A stretch of DNA of 64,000 bases from Squalus acanthias (GCA_030390025.1 CM059432.1:117988001-118052000), one strand, 5' to 3'; positions 48,059 to 61,999 are shown, counted from the stretch's first letter. Notes: generated from the letters alone by a model not told the origin. Made by a program: numbers and translations.

Positions 48059-50811
48059 CTATGCAAATCTGGCCACTGCTGCTGATAGATGCACCGCTGC
48101 TCGGTCCTCCTCCTCCTCATACTCATCTGAGGAGGCTATGTACTGAGCCATTTGCTCATCAGGAAGCTGCAAGTCACGATGCTGTGTGATGTTGTGCAGT
48201 GCACAGCAGACCACAACCATTCTAGAGACCCTGGCTGCTGAGTACTGCAGGGCTCCACCTGATCTGTCAAGGCATCGGAATCGCATCTTCAGCAAGCCAA
48301 TGGTTTGTTCAATGATGGACCTTGTCGAAATGTGGCTGGCGTTGTAGCGCTCCTCAGCCTCGTTAGCTGGCCTCCTGATCGCATCATTTGCCACTTTGTC
48401 CGGGGGTAGCCCTTGTCACCAAGGAGCCATCCGTTAAGTTGGTTTGGCGGATTGAAGAGCGGAGGAACACTAGAGTTCCACAGGATGAACGAGTCATGGC
48501 AACTACCACAGAACTTGGCACAAAGATGCAAAATCTCCTTCTTGTGGTTACACACCAGCTGTACGTTGAGGGAGTGGAAGCCCTTGTGGTTGACAAAGAG
48601 AGCTGGGTTGTGATGGGGTGCCCTAAGGGCCACATGTGTGCAGTCTATGATGCCCTGAACCATTGGCAAGCCTGCCATATTTGCAAAGCCAACCGAACGC
48701 ACAGGTTATACTTGCTTGCTCCCTTGAGAAGTGGATGTAATTGTGCGCTTTTGCGAAAAGGGCATTGGTAACCTGTGTGATGCAATTGTGGGCGGCCGAC
48801 TGGGAGATGCCGCTGATGTCTGCTGATGATCCCTGGAAGGAGCCTGAGGCAAAAAAATTGAGTGCAGTGGTGACTTTGACAGCCACTGGTAAGGGGTGTC
48901 CACCCGCTCCTCTGGGCTCCAGGTCTTGGTTCAGCAGTGCGCAGATGTCTCCAACAACCTCTCGCGAAACTCTCAGCCTCCTTTGGCACTGCTGCTCACT
49001 CATGTTGAAGTAGCTCATCCTCTGTCTGTAAACCCTGAGAGGGGGGTATCTCCTGTGGCGACGAGCTTCCATGCGCTGGTGCCTTCTGCCCTGTGCACCA
49101 TCAGGTGGGTGAGCAGGAGGTTGGTGCTCCTGCTGCTGTTGCTGCTGAGCTGCCTGGTTCTGCTGCTGCTGTGGCTGCTCCTCATCCGAATCTGAGGTCC
49201 ATGATGAAAGGAAATAAATGGTTCCCTGTGAAGAATAGCCAGGATTCAGAAAAATACACGATACTAAGAACAGATTTCTGAAATTATTAATAAATGACAT
49301 ACTGGGTTTAAAAGACATAAGCCTCAGCAGACAAGGCTGTAGGCAGAAATACAGGCTTCTGAGATAAAGATCAGTTGTTAAAACAAAGTTGTAAAACACC
49401 ACAAGCTTTTGAAATGGGAATTAGTTAAAAATACTAAAACATTGCCCTGTTGAAGCAAACCATTGAAGGTTCCTCTATATCTGAACATTGGAACCAACAC
49501 AATGGAATCACCCAGTTTAAAGTGTTAAAAGCTAACACTGATGCAAACAGAAACATAGAATATTAAACAGCCATAAGCCTTCATAATATAACATCAAATA
49601 AGACAGGAAACACAATTAAATATGCAACCAATTGAGATAGCTAGAAAACAAGTAAACACTGAGTTAAAGTGTTTTCAATTTACATATTGTAAATATGATA
49701 CCTACAGAAGGCTTTGAAGAAATGACATCAAGTAAAATAAACGCCTGCTGAACAAATAGTTTTAATGTTAAGCTTGAAATATGGAGTCCCGAGGTCTGAT
49801 AAAAAACAATTGAAGTAAATAAGAAATGTATGAAACACTCCAGATGAAGTATTTACAAGTTGTAAAATATACCTACAGAAAGACTTTGAAAATGACATCA
49901 ATGTGTTAAACTTGGAACATGTAGGAGACACGACGTCTGGTAATAACCAGTTAAGCCAATATTAAGAATTGAATGGGAGACCTTCAATAAGAATTGCATC
50001 AAACAGAAACAATTGCTGTCATTGTGTTTATGATGGTTTTTGAAAGGTAGAGACATAATTATGCATGCAATGGCTAAATTGACAGTAAAGACAGAAAGCA
50101 TTCAACAGAGATATCAATAAAGACAATTAGCTTACATCAGCAGAAACTTCAAAGAATAAACCACTGCAAAAGAGTATAAAACATAAACCTTTTCAAACAG
50201 AAAAGTCAGAAGTCAACTAAAGTCCACAGAAGACAAGCGTTTCTCAACTTCACAGACATGCTCTGTAAGTTTTTAACTTTTGAGTCTCGGGTAATCAAGG
50301 TATTTCATTTTGGTGGATATTCTGGATTAAGAAATAAGTAGAAGTATGGAAATGTAGAGAAGTTAAGATTTGAGAATAAGGATCTCTGATAAGAAATGTA
50401 AGCTATTTGTATTTTGAACGATTAAAGTTGCGATTGCCATAGCAGCTGTTTACTAAATGTCGGTTCTTTAATAAATCTATATATTTTTAGAATAGTCTCA
50501 CAGAGTATTTTGTATCAATCTCGCGAACTCAATTTCTGTACACTCAAAGGAAATGCAGAATTCTGGGGGGTATTCCGGACCCTCATAATATCCGGAAGGT
50601 TACAGTCTAGTTAAACTTATTAAAAGGAGGACGGTAACATTTTCAGACCGTTTCTTTCCTTTAGGGAGAGGTAGTCTGACCTTTAGACCCAATTAAGCAT
50701 CTTATGGGATCCGGCTACCGCTAACTTTAGTTGAAGGTAAACGTCTGGGGAATACGCCTGATCTGGGGTAGTCCGAAAGGGCTAGGACTTGTAATTATCC
50801 CTTCATCCCAT
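48059..50811 (-). pseudogene. Harbinger transposase, frameshifted and interrupted by a solo LTR
   Basis: GIIDCTH, LLGDKGY and IIEQTIG motifs over three frames. The ATG at 50811 is separated from the body (up to 49226) by the LTR. Confidence 0.88.
49227..50805 (+). mobile_element. Solo LTR, family B, divergent longer variant (1579 bp)
   Basis: TGTGAAG...CCCTTCA ends, TCCC TSD. The 3' half matches copies 1-3 and the 5' half is longer. Confidence 0.88.
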
Positions 50812-53800
50812 GCTGCTGGCAGATACCTCCGTTGGGGAAGCGTTCAGTCCAAGCGGGGAGAGGGTTTTCCAAGGAGGTCCCACAGTTGAGAGATAGAAGC
50901 TGCAGCACCTACGACTTCGGTAGGCCTGCTAAAAGTGCTGAAAGACCTGTGCAGCAAAAGTTCTGCCACCTAGAACTGATCCCTGTTGAAAGCTCCGCTT
51001 TAATGGTGGAGCTGCAGCTGTGAGGAGGCCACCCACTTGTCAACCCACCAGGTTTAGCTGGCATGGTTTAGGAGGGCTGTGCAACACACACAAAATGTGG
51101 TATAGGATTATAGAGGCCCTTAACTACTTGTTAAGGGTCTTAACTACCTCTCCCGACTGATGGAGGCGGGACTGAATCGCACCCATGAAACCCGCCTCTG
51201 GCAAAATTGCACAGAGGCGGGTTGGAGGTGGGTTCCGAACCCGCCCTCACTTTTTGTGATTTTCCCAACTGTCCTGCCTCCAAACCCGCCTCCTCGGGGC
51301 TGGGATAATCACCCCCTAAGTGTTAACCTTTTTAACAATGTGCTGATTGTTAATGCAGTACCAATCAATCTCTTTGGCCCAGAAATTGAACAATTTAAAC
51401 CATGGGATCTCATTCATTCAGGTGATGAATTCTTCTTAGAGATTTTAAGCATTTTTAATTTTAAATTAAAAAATGTTTTTCTTAACTGTTCCTTTCTGTC
51501 TCTTTTTTCTCTCACTCTTAATCCAATCTTTCTTTCCCTCTCTTTATTTCTCTTTCTGTACCTGATTTGACTCTAATTCAAATTCACCCTCCTTCTCAGC
51601 CCTTCCTCTGTTTCTTTCTCAATCCGTAAATCTCATTGGTTAAGGAGATACACTCTTGGTCGCACCAGTCACTAAGGTCCTAGATGCCTCGGTACCTTTG
51701 ACACATCGTTACCAGTTCGCACTTCCAGCGAGTTACGGCACAAAAATGTTTGAGCTAAAAGGGCGCAGAAAGAAGTCTAACTAACGGGGCATGCCATGAG
51801 ATACTCCACTCCAGCAAGATCTGGTTCAAAATCTCAGCAAAAGCAATTAATCCTGTGTTGCTTAGCTCTTTTGAAAAAGAATTGGGAAAATATCTGGTTG
51901 CGAATAGCAATGAATGTTATAATCATCAGTAAGGATGTGTGTTTATGATGCAGAGGCCGCACAGTGTTAGAATCAGTCACTTTCTGTTTGCTTGGGTCAA
52001 TTGGTAGCAGTCTTGCCTCTAAATCAAGAGGTTGTGAGTTTGAACCCCAGTCCAGGGCTTGAGTACATAAGCTGGCTGACACTTCACTACAGAAATGAGG
52101 GATTGCTGCCTCTGGGGAGAATAGAGTTTGGCTGTGCATTTATATAATATATATTTTTATATAAAAGTATTTTGGTGGTTATTTTGGGGAAAGGGTGAAA
52201 TCAGGCGCGAAGTGAGGGCTGTGCTAATAAAACGTGCCTGTTTAAAAGTTTGGATTTAGCACGCATTCTTGGGGCTAATTGCTGATTACCAGGATTTCAA
52301 AGTGCCTGGACGTGCTAAAACGGATACCTGCAGGTTTAGCACTGAAACGCTGATTAGTAGCAAATTTCCAGGAACGTTATTTATAGACACCACGCACGCA
52401 CACACTTCTACTGAAGACTCTGGAGTGCGCTTGCTGACAGTGAAACTGAAGGAGCAGGACAATGGCACTCCTCATGATGGCTCAAGGACCAAGGGAGAGA
52501 GCTCACAGGTTTTCAGAGGTGGCACAGGAGGTCCTGGTGGAGAAGGTACAGCGGATGAGAGATGCCCTGTACCCAAAGGGGCGAAGGAGGCCACAGAGGC
52601 AGCTTATGTGGCAGATGTGCGAGGAGATTGCCAACAAGGTCACAGCCAGGAGCCCTGCCCCCAGGACATGGTTCCAGTACCGCAAAAAAATTTAATGACT
52701 TGACACGACTGGTCAAGGTAAGATCCCATCTCACAAACACACTTCTCAATAACTGCACCAACACCACCAGCATCACAACCTCAACACATTGCATCCACCA
52801 CCTAACTATACACTGACAGTCACACAACCCACACTATTGCATCCTTCACAGGCACTACTCACACCTCAGACACATCTCATAGCTCTTCAACCATGTGAGG
52901 CATCATAAAAACACAAACATAGCTGCCAATACACTCATTCACAGTCACCACTCTCTTTCTTCCAGGACAAGATAACACATAACAGGCGACAGCAGGACCT
53001 GACCGGGGAGGGGAAGCACGACTCCATGACATCACTCCCCTTGAGGAGGCAGTGTTGGCAGTGATAGGGAGGGGAGTGGCTGACACTGTGGCCAGAGGCA
53101 GAGAAGGAGGCTTCTCGCCTAGAGGTATGTGGCCACTCCAGCTTCCTTACATATCCACAACTATTCCTGATCCCTAAACCCCCAAACCTACCCTCACTCA
53201 CAAACTCCATATGGCCTCATCACACATAGTGGCCACACGCGCTGCACCCTAACCCTTCCAGCTTTATTATTGCAGGCTCCTGGGAGCAAGATCCACCTCA
53301 TCCCCCGGAGGAAGAGGAGGAGGAGAGTGAGGCACTGTGTCAATGGCTACCACTGTCACAGGCACCAGCTCAGAGACCGGCACCATGTGTAACTTAGAGG
53401 CTAGGGTAGAACAGGGATCCTCACAGTGGGACGCACCAGGCACTAGTGGGCAGCAGCCACGCTGGGTGGAAGGGACACTACAGATGCCACCTTGCCGGGG
53501 TGCAAGGTCGAATACTTGTTCTGCTGTAGAGGAGTTAGATGAGGACCTCGCAGGGCCAAGTCTCAGAAGAAGGCTGATGGGACTGACAAATCAAATGCTT
53601 GGTTCAATGGACAGCCTGCCTGAAAGCTTATGGGTCTTAGCTAGAGGGATGGAGGAGCCCACCTCCAGCTTGGCTTGTGGCTTGACGCAGAGCCTGAAAC
53701 ACATCCTCTCCAGCATGGAGAAGCTGGCCAATTACATCCAGCCACCTGTGGAGCCCAACATCATGCAGCGTCTGATGACTCAAGTCACAGCTTCCACTGC

Positions 53801-54534
53801 AGTCATTGCATCTTCCATGGAACGGCAAACTGCTGCAATGGAAGCTCAGGCAGCTGCCATGGTGGCTCTGGGCTCCTCGTTTGAAAGGCGTTTGCAGAAT
53901 GTCTCTGATGGCCAGAGATCTGTCCCCCACCTGATCACTGGGCGGGCTGAACAGACACCCCGAAGTAGTGACGTGGGAATGATGGAGAAGGAACCTACTG
54001 GCCTCTCTCCGGATCCCATCATTCCTGCTCCCTCCCCCGTCACTCCACCATTGCCGTTGCCTGTCAGCCAGGCGGCCCTGACTGCTGAAGCCCATGGTGA
54101 GATGGTGCAGTCTGAGCAGGGCCATCACAGGCCAACAGCCACTCGAGGACGTCGCAGGAGGACATCTGAACTGCCCTCTTCAGATTCTCAGCAGCCATCC
54201 ACCTCTCCTGCTGCTGTCACTCGGGATGCACATTGTATAAGCACTAGATTACGCAAGAGCACTTATAGATAACCACCAGGTAAGCACCAGGGTGAATAGT
54301 TTAATATTTCTAAGTACTGTTTATTATTGTAATATTTTCATTATTTGTTTTTGTTGTAGCTAAAGACTGATTATGGTAAGTGGTGAAATTGGTAGTCTTT
54401 TATATTGTGTTCTTCATGGGGAAGGGGTTGAAAGGATTGAGTGAAGATGGTGGGCTTCTTGATGGATCCTCAGCCAAGGAAGGTAAGGCATGTGGCAACA
54501 GTGCTCCGCAGTCTGATAGTGGAGGACGTCTCTC

Positions 54535-55690
54535 AAAAGCGCTCTTCAATTAGATGGCGATGAGCATCCCTCCCAGGTGCAGGCCATCTAACTGGAAGCC
54601 TCTGGCCATCTACCCTCCTTTTCCTCCTCCTCTCCCTCTTCCTCTTGCTCCTCTTCCTCCTCCTCCTCTTCCTCCTCTTCTGGTCCCTCAGCTTGACCCT
54701 CTGGTACAATTGCTGGTGGTAACGGCTGGTCTCTCATTATTATCAGATTGTGGAGCATGCAGCAAGTCAGCACGAATCTGGAGACCTTCTCGGCCGAATA
54801 CTGCAGGGCACCTCCTGAATGGTCAAGGCATCTAAACCTCTGCTAGAGGACCCCCATGGTCTGCTCAATGATATGAGTGCTCAGCTGGTGTCTGGGGGTT
54901 TCTCAGGAGAGTGATGAGCCATGGCATCAGAGGGTATCCCTAGTCACCTAGTAGCCAGCCATGCATATTGCGTTGTGACTCAACGATCTGTGGGACGGAT
55001 GACTATCTCATTATAAACACATCGTGGTGGCTCCCTGGATAGCAGGCATTCACCTGCATGATGCGCTGCCAGTGATCACAGACAAGCTTCACATTGAGGG
55101 AATGGAATCCCTTCCTGCTCCTGAACACCTCCGAGTTTAAATGAGGGGCTCGCATGGCCACGATGTGCACTCAATGGCTACGTGGACCATGGGGAAACCT
55201 GCAATCCTGTCAAATCATAGAGCTCTCTGCCTCTGGTCTTCTCTGGAAATAGGAAATGATATATCGTCATTACTCACAGTGTATCGAAACACAGAGACCT
55301 CCCTTACGCAGAAATGCACAGAGGATTGAGAGATATGACTGATATCATCTGTGGCAGCTTGGAAGGTTCCAGTAACTACAGTGATCTTGACTGCCACAGG
55401 CAATGCAGTCCTGGCCATGCTGCAACATCTGAGTCTTCATTCCACGAGGCCACAGATCTCTGTGATGATCTCCTTGGTAAAGTACAGCCTCCTCATGCAC
55501 TGGTCTTGGGTCATGTGAATCTGGGAGTAGTGCTCTCTGAAGGCCCTGGGTGGATAGGGCCTCCTGCTGAGACCCCTCCTCGCCCTCCTGTCCCTCTCTC
55601 CTGCAGCAACTGGTGCTTCTCTGCCTGGCCTCATCTCCACCTCCTATTCCTCCTCCAGAGCAAAGAGGACCCTGAGCAAGATCCCTATGA
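54535..55690 (-). pseudogene. Harbinger transposase remnant
   Basis: [26 protein letters not shown] and CCMLHNL motifs with many lesions. Confidence 0.8.
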
Positions 55691-55948
55691 CCAACCACTC
55701 CCTTTCCCCTGGTGACTCCGATAAGGTCTCCAATAAGGTACAGTAGCACAGCATAGCACTCAGGACAGAGTGCAGACCTGAGTGGGAGCTGAGCAGCGGA
55801 GGCGGCCGTATATATTCTGCGGAAAAAAAAAAATTCAAGGAGTGACGTCACAGGACAGCAGGTAAGTGATTGGTTGGTGAGTATTACCTTTGTCTTTTTC
55901 TCTCTACGTTAGATCAGTGGGTTAGTTCTTAGTCTATTAAATAGAGGC

Positions 55949-56854
55949 ATGGCAGGGCAGCTCAGTCCCATGGAGTGCACATCCTGTGCCATGTGGGAAG
56001 TCCTGGACGCTTTGCGTAGCCTAGACAACCACATGAGCAGGAAGTGTCACCAGCTACAGCAACTCGAGCTCCGGGTTTCGGAGCTTGAGCGGTGGCTGGA
56101 GTCACCGTGGCGCATCCGCGAGGCTGAGAGTTACGTGTATAGCACGTTTCAGGAGGTGGTCACCCTGTAGCTTAAGAGAGTGCAGGCAGAGAGGAAATGG
56201 GTGACCGCCAGACAGAAGAGGAGGACCAGGCAGGTAGTGCAGGAGTTCCTGGAGTGCATCTTGCTCTCCAACCAGTATTCTGTTCTGAGTACTGGTGGGA
56301 ACGATGGTTCCTCTGGGGAGTGCAGCCAGAAGACAAGTTCACAGCACCACGGGTAGCTCAGCTGCACAGGTGGGGAGGAAAAAGAGTGGAAGAACAATAG
56401 TGGTAGTGGATTCAATAGTTAGGGGAGCAGACAGGCGTTTCTGCGGTGCCAGGGTCAAGGATGTCACTGAGCGGCTGCAGGACACTCTGAGGGTGAACAG
56501 CCAGAGGTCATTGTCCATATCGGTACCAATGACATAGGCAGAATGAGGGATGAGGTCCTGCAGGCAGAGTTTAGGGAGCTAGGAGAGAGATTAAAAAGCT
56601 GGACCTCAAAGGTAGTAATCTCCGGATTACTCCCGGTGCCACGTGTTAGTGAGTACAGGAATAGGAGGATAGAACAGATGAATGCGTGGCTGGAGAGATG
56701 GTGCAGGAGGGAGGGTTTTAGATTCCTGAGGCATTGGGACCATTTCTGGGGAAGGTGGGACCTGTACAAGCCGGACGGGTTACACCTCAACAGAGCTGGG
56801 ACCAATATTCTAGCGGGGAGGTTTGTTAGTGCTGTTGAGGAGGGATTAAACTAG
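55949..56854 (+). pseudogene. CR1 ORF1 (Cys cluster, coiled coil, SGNH esterase-like domain)
   Basis: CTSC, VVDSIVRG, GTNDIG and DGLHLN motifs, with stops and frameshifts. Confidence 0.8.
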
Positions 56855-57013
56855 CTTGGCAGGGGGATGGGCACCAGCATATAGGAGGAGAAAAGAGGAA
56901 TAAGGTGCATAAAAGAGTGAGTGTGTTGGATAGAGAAGAAAGTAGTACTAGAGGTGGAAGTAGTACCATATTAGATAGGAGCAGACTAAGAAAGACTACG
57001 AAAAACTCAAAAA

Positions 57014-59770
57014 TGGGTTTAGAATGCATGTACGTAAACGCGCAAAGTGTGGTGAATAAGGTTGGTGAGCTACAAGCACAATTAGTCGTGTGGCAATATG
57101 ATGTTGTGGCAATAATGGAAAAGTGGCTTAAAAACGGTGAGGACTGGGCACTTAATATTAAAGGGTACAAGGTGTTCAGAAAAGATAGGGAAGGAAAAAA
57201 GGGAGATGGGGTGGCAGTGCTGATTAAGGAAGACATTGTAGTGTTGGAAAGGAAGGATGTTCTTGAGGGGACATGGACAGAATCCATTTGGTTAGAGTTG
57301 AGGAGAAAAAAGTGTATGATCACGCTATTGGGGGTATTCTATAGGCCTCCAAATAGTGAGAGGGAGGTAGAGGAGCAAATCTGCAGGGAAATCGCAGAGA
57401 TATGCAAGAGCTATAGAGTGGTGATATTGGGGGACTTTAATTACCCAAATATCGATTGGGATAATGCTAGGGTAAAGGGAAAGGATGGGGAGGAATTTCT
57501 CAAATGTGTTCAGGAGAATTTCCTTGACCAATATGTCCTTGGCCCAACTAGGAAGGAGGCATTGCTGGATCTGGTGCTGGGGAATGAGGTGGGCCGGGTT
57601 GACCAAGTGTTTGTGGGAGAACACTTGGGTATGAGTGATCATCGTATCATAAGATTTAGATTAGCAATGGAGAGGAGCAAGGAACAATCTAGAGTGGAAC
57701 TTCTAAATTGGAATAGGGCTAACTTCAATGGATGCGAAAGGATCTAGCCAGGGTAAAATGCAACCAAAGACAGACAGGAAAAACTGTAACAGAACAATGG
57801 ATCTTTAATGAGGAGATGTTCCACGTACAGGCTAGGTACATTCCAACAAGAGGGAAGGGTAAGGGAACCAAAGCAAGGGCTCCTTGGATGACGAGAGAGA
57901 TAGAGAAGATGATGAAACAAAAAAGAGGGTGTATGATGCATGTCAGGTGAATTCTTCAAGGGAGAACCAGACCAAATAGAATAAGTTGAGAGGGGAAGTG
58001 AAGATGAAAATAAGATTGGCAAAGAGAGAATATGAGAGTAGAATGGTGGTTAACATAAAAGGGAACCCAAAAATCTTCTACCGGCATGTAAACAGTAAGC
58101 GGGTAGTAAGAGGCGGGGTGGGACCTTTTAGGGACAAAGAAGGTGATATATGCTTAGAGGCACAGGGCAAGGCTAGAATACTCGATGAGTACTTTGTATC
58201 GGTGTTTACTAAGGAGGTGGATGCTGACAAAATATCAGTAGAAGTGGAAAAGGTAGAAGCAATGGAAGGGGTGAAAATTGATAGGCAGGATGTACTAGAA
58301 AGGCTGGCTATGCTTAGAGTGGATAAGTCACCTGGTCCAGATGACTTGCATCCCAGGTTGCTAAGGGAATTGGGGGAGGAGATAGCGGCAGCGCTTGCCA
58401 TAATGTTCCAATCTTCCCTAGATGCGGGGGAGGTGCCTGAGGATTGGAAAGTGGCAAATGTGACACCATTGTTCAAGAAAGGGTATAAGGACAATCCTAG
58501 TAACTACAGGCCAGTCAGTTTAACATCAGTGGTGGGTAAAGTTTTAGAAACAATAATCAAGGAAAAAATTAACGGGCACTTGGAAAGGTTTAAGCTAATT
58601 AAAGAGAGCCAACACGGATTTGTAAAAGGCAGATCGTGTTTGACTAATCTAATTGGATTTTTTGATGAAGTAACAGGGAGGATTGTTGAAGGGAATGCAA
58701 TGGATGTTGTCTACATGGATTTTAGGAAGGCATTTGACAAAGTACCACATAGAAGGCTGGTTAACAAAATTGAGGCTCATGGAATAGATGGGTCAGTGGC
58801 AGCTTGGATAAGGAATTGGCTTAAGGACAGAAAACAATGAGTTGTGGTAAATGGCTGTTTTTCAGACTGGTGGATGGTAGACAGTGGTGTTCTCTAAGGG
58901 TCAGTGTTGGAGCCACTGCTTTTTTTGATATATATAAATGACCTGGATATTGGAATACAGAGTAGAATTTCTAAATTTGTCAATGACACCAAACTTGGGG
59001 GTATGGCAAACAGTGAGGATGATACCAATCGACTGCAACAGGACATAGAAAGGCTAGCAGAATGGGCAAACAAGTGGCAGATGGAATTCAATACAGCGAA
59101 GTGTGAGGTGATGCATTTTGGTAGAAGGAACAGGGAGAGGCAATATACACTTAATGGCACAGTTTTAAAGAGTGTGCAGGGACAGAGGGACCTGGGAATT
59201 AATGTGCATAGGTCCCTGAAGGTGGCAGGACATATTGAGAGAGTGGTCAGCAAAGCATATGGGGTCTTGGGCTTCATAAATAGAGGTATTGAGTGTAAAA
59301 GTAGAGAAGTTATGCTGAACCTTTATAAAGCGCTGGTTAGGCCACAACTGGAGTATTGCGTCCAGTTCACCACACTTTAGGAAGGATGTGAAGGCATTTG
59401 AGAGGGTGCAGAGGTGATTTACCAGAATGGTTCCGGGGATGGGGGATCTTAGCTACAAGGACAGGTTGGAGAAGCTGGATTTGTTTTCATTAGAGCAAAG
59501 GAGGTTGAGGGGTGATTTGATAGAGGCGTATAAGATTATGACGAGTTTGGATAGGCTAGACGGGGAAAGGCTGTTCCCACTAGTTGATGGTACAAGAACT
59601 AGGGGACACAGATTTAAGGTTTTGGGCAAGAGATACAGGGGGGATGTGAGGAAAAACTTTTTTTACGCAGCGAGTGGTGAGGACCTGGTATTCGCTGCCG
59701 ATGGAAGTGGTGGAAACGGAGACACTCAATGTTTTCAACGGGAGACTGGATAGGCACTTGAGGGAATTAA
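57014..59770 (+). pseudogene. CR1 ORF2 (APE endonuclease and reverse transcriptase)
   Basis: YVNAQS, YRPP, GDFN, SDH, NYRPVSLTS, KAFDKV and VNDTKL motifs, several frameshifts. Confidence 0.9.
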
Positions 59771-60017
59771 ACTTGCAGGGCTACGGGGATATAACGGGGG
59801 AATGGGACTGAGTGGATTGCTTTACAGAGAGCCGGCACGGACGCGATGGGCCGAATGACCTCCTTCTGTGCTGTAATGACTCCATGACCATGACTCACTC
59901 TCTTTAGGTGAAGTCCTGAGAGAATATCCGAGAAAAATGTTGATAGATTGTTGTAGTCTTGACAAAGTGTCCCAGAAAGTCTCCCGATGTGTCTCAAATG
60001 TTCTCTTCAAACGCAGT

Positions 60018-60462
60018 ATCTTGTTCTTCTTCGGCAGTCCCTCAAAACCGAGGATGACTTGCTTCCACATTAAAAATGAGTTCTCAGGTGACTGATGAGT
60101 CCAATGCGGGACCTACAGTCTCTGTCACAGGTGGGGCAGACGGTGGTTGAAGGGGTGTGTGGGTGGGGTGCTTGGGTTGACGTGCGCTCCTTACGCTGCC
60201 TGCGTTTGGCTTCCGCTTGCTCCCGGCGAAGAGACTCGAGGTGTTTGGCGCCTTCCCGAATGCTTCTCCTCCACTTTGTGCGGTCTTGGGCCAGGGATTC
60301 CCAGGTGTCGGTGGGGATGTTACACTTTTTCAAGGAGGTTTTGAGGGTGTCCTTGAAGCGTTTCCTCTGCCCACCTGGGGCTCTCTTGCCGTGCCGGAGC
60401 TCCGAGTAGAGCGCTTGTTTTGGGAGTCTCGTATCAGGCATGCGGATAATGTGACCCGTCCA
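60018..60462 (-). mobile_element. RTE-clade LINE 3' fragment
   Basis: MPDTRLPKQALYSEL...GGQRKRFKDTLK...CPTCDRDCRSRIGLISH, short 3' UTR with a (gaa)n tail. Confidence 0.85.
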
Positions 60463-61999
60463 TCCAAACGTAGTGTAGTCCGTCGATCTCCAGCTGCAAG
60501 TGAACTGTGAAAGCTGAGCATGGCTTTAAGTAGTGCTCGAAATTCTCAGCAATGACTTGTTTACTTATGTTCAGCTGGTCGCTGTTAGGAGAGGTTGTTA
60601 ATTGCAGCATTAGCCAACAAAATGTTGTGCAGCCTCTTTAATGAGCGTTAGGGGCCAATTTAATTGGTAATCAGAGGCTTAATCATCCTCGGAGTGGCCA
60701 TTCTTAGCGCGCGCTTAAACTCCTTTACCAAGATGGCATCTTACGCTAAAGGCGGGCTAAACTGGTAGCTCATGATCTCATCTTGGCCACCTCAGTGGCT
60801 CTTTAGCATCTAAACTTCTGGCACTACAGTGGGGAAAATAGCCCCTTAAAGTCATAGTAACCTTAAGATGGAATCCAATTAGTGGAATACTGCAATGGCT
60901 GATTGCCGGCTATTTTTCTGTTTAATGCCCTGAATTAGAAATAAATTATCTTTGAAGGAGATTTATTTGCTAATTCCATGAGTATATGCCATTTAACTAT
61001 AGTGAGGAGTAGGTGCGTGCTCCAGTGTCTGTCAATTAACTCCTCGATGTGGATGGCCCTGTGTTTCATTATTCGTAGTCAAGTGGACCTCGATTATGAC
61101 ATGTGATTTAGTGGGCACTCACGATATGCCCCTTCTGGCATGGGCATCCACCTGATTTATTTAAATTTGATGACCCATCTCTGACCTAAATGCTCCAGTG
61201 GGGTCACGAGCATATTGGAATTCCTGCTACACAATCACGGGGGCAGAGTAAGATTGAGGGATTTTGGTCTATGTCTGCCATTTTACCTCTAAATAACTTT
61301 GACCAGGTAGTCTAGTCTATATATAGTGGTCTAGCCGTATATTATTTTTACCATTTGGGAGATGGGTGGAAGTAGTAATAGCACACCTATTCTTCAGTAA
61401 GTAATTAACCATGATTCAGGTTAAATCTGAGCTGTACCAACTTGTAAAGAGAATAAATGCTCAGGTTTCAATGAACAAAAGACTCGATCAGCTACAGAAA
61501 CTGTTGTCTCGCCATGAACATGAGAGATGTGTTGGGAAGAAAGCGTGAGCTGTGACAATGTCATCCTTTAGATGGGATGTTAAACAGTGGCACTGTGGAA
61601 TATTAAAGGTCCCATGGCATTATTTGGAGAAGGATAGGGAGTTCTCCCAGTGTCCTGGCCCTAACCCTAACCCTTCCTCAACCAGAGGCACCACAAAAAT
61701 ATCTTAATTCCATTGCTGTTTGCATGGTCTCACTGTGAAAAGAATTACTGCCACATTTGCACATTTATAATTCATTTTATATCAAGTGCTTTGAGACGTT
61801 TCATGAGAGCTGTGATAAGGTGCTATATGAATGCAAGTCTTTCGCTTTCTGTCATAGTTTAATTCTACAGCAATGTGTTATGCGTCTTTTGCTATTTCTA
61901 CTATTCATAAATAAATGATGTAAAGGATGGCCTTCAAGAAATCTTATTAGATTTTCTGATTATAAGCACAAAAGGATAAAATTCAAAGGCACCTGAACC

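Larger units (their letters stand above)
46213..51316. mobile_element. Harbinger element, disrupted
   Basis: TIR GGGGG(C/T)GATT(C/A)TCCCA, TAA TSD. Myb/SANT gene on plus from 46497, transposase on minus. Confidence 0.9.
44703..51827. mobile_element. Non-autonomous TIR element hosting a solo LTR and a Harbinger
   Basis: Ends gggccggatcttgctgga / tccagcaagatctggttc. Sequence is continuous across the nested inserts. Confidence 0.55.
55762..59895 (+). mobile_element. Near full-length CR1 LINE, disrupted
   Basis: 5' UTR, ORF1, ORF2 and a 3' tail ending in short ccatga repeats. Confidence 0.9.
52174..60846. mobile_element. Decayed Harbinger with nested CR1 and RTE
   Basis: Myb remnant on plus 52477-54272, transposase remnant on minus ~54535-55690. 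Weak TIR-like gtggttatttt / aaaatagcccc. Outer boundaries uncertain. Confidence 0.6.

Noticed and set aside
61659..61674. Telomeric ccctaa repeat
   Set aside because: Under three units, inside a decayed SINE.
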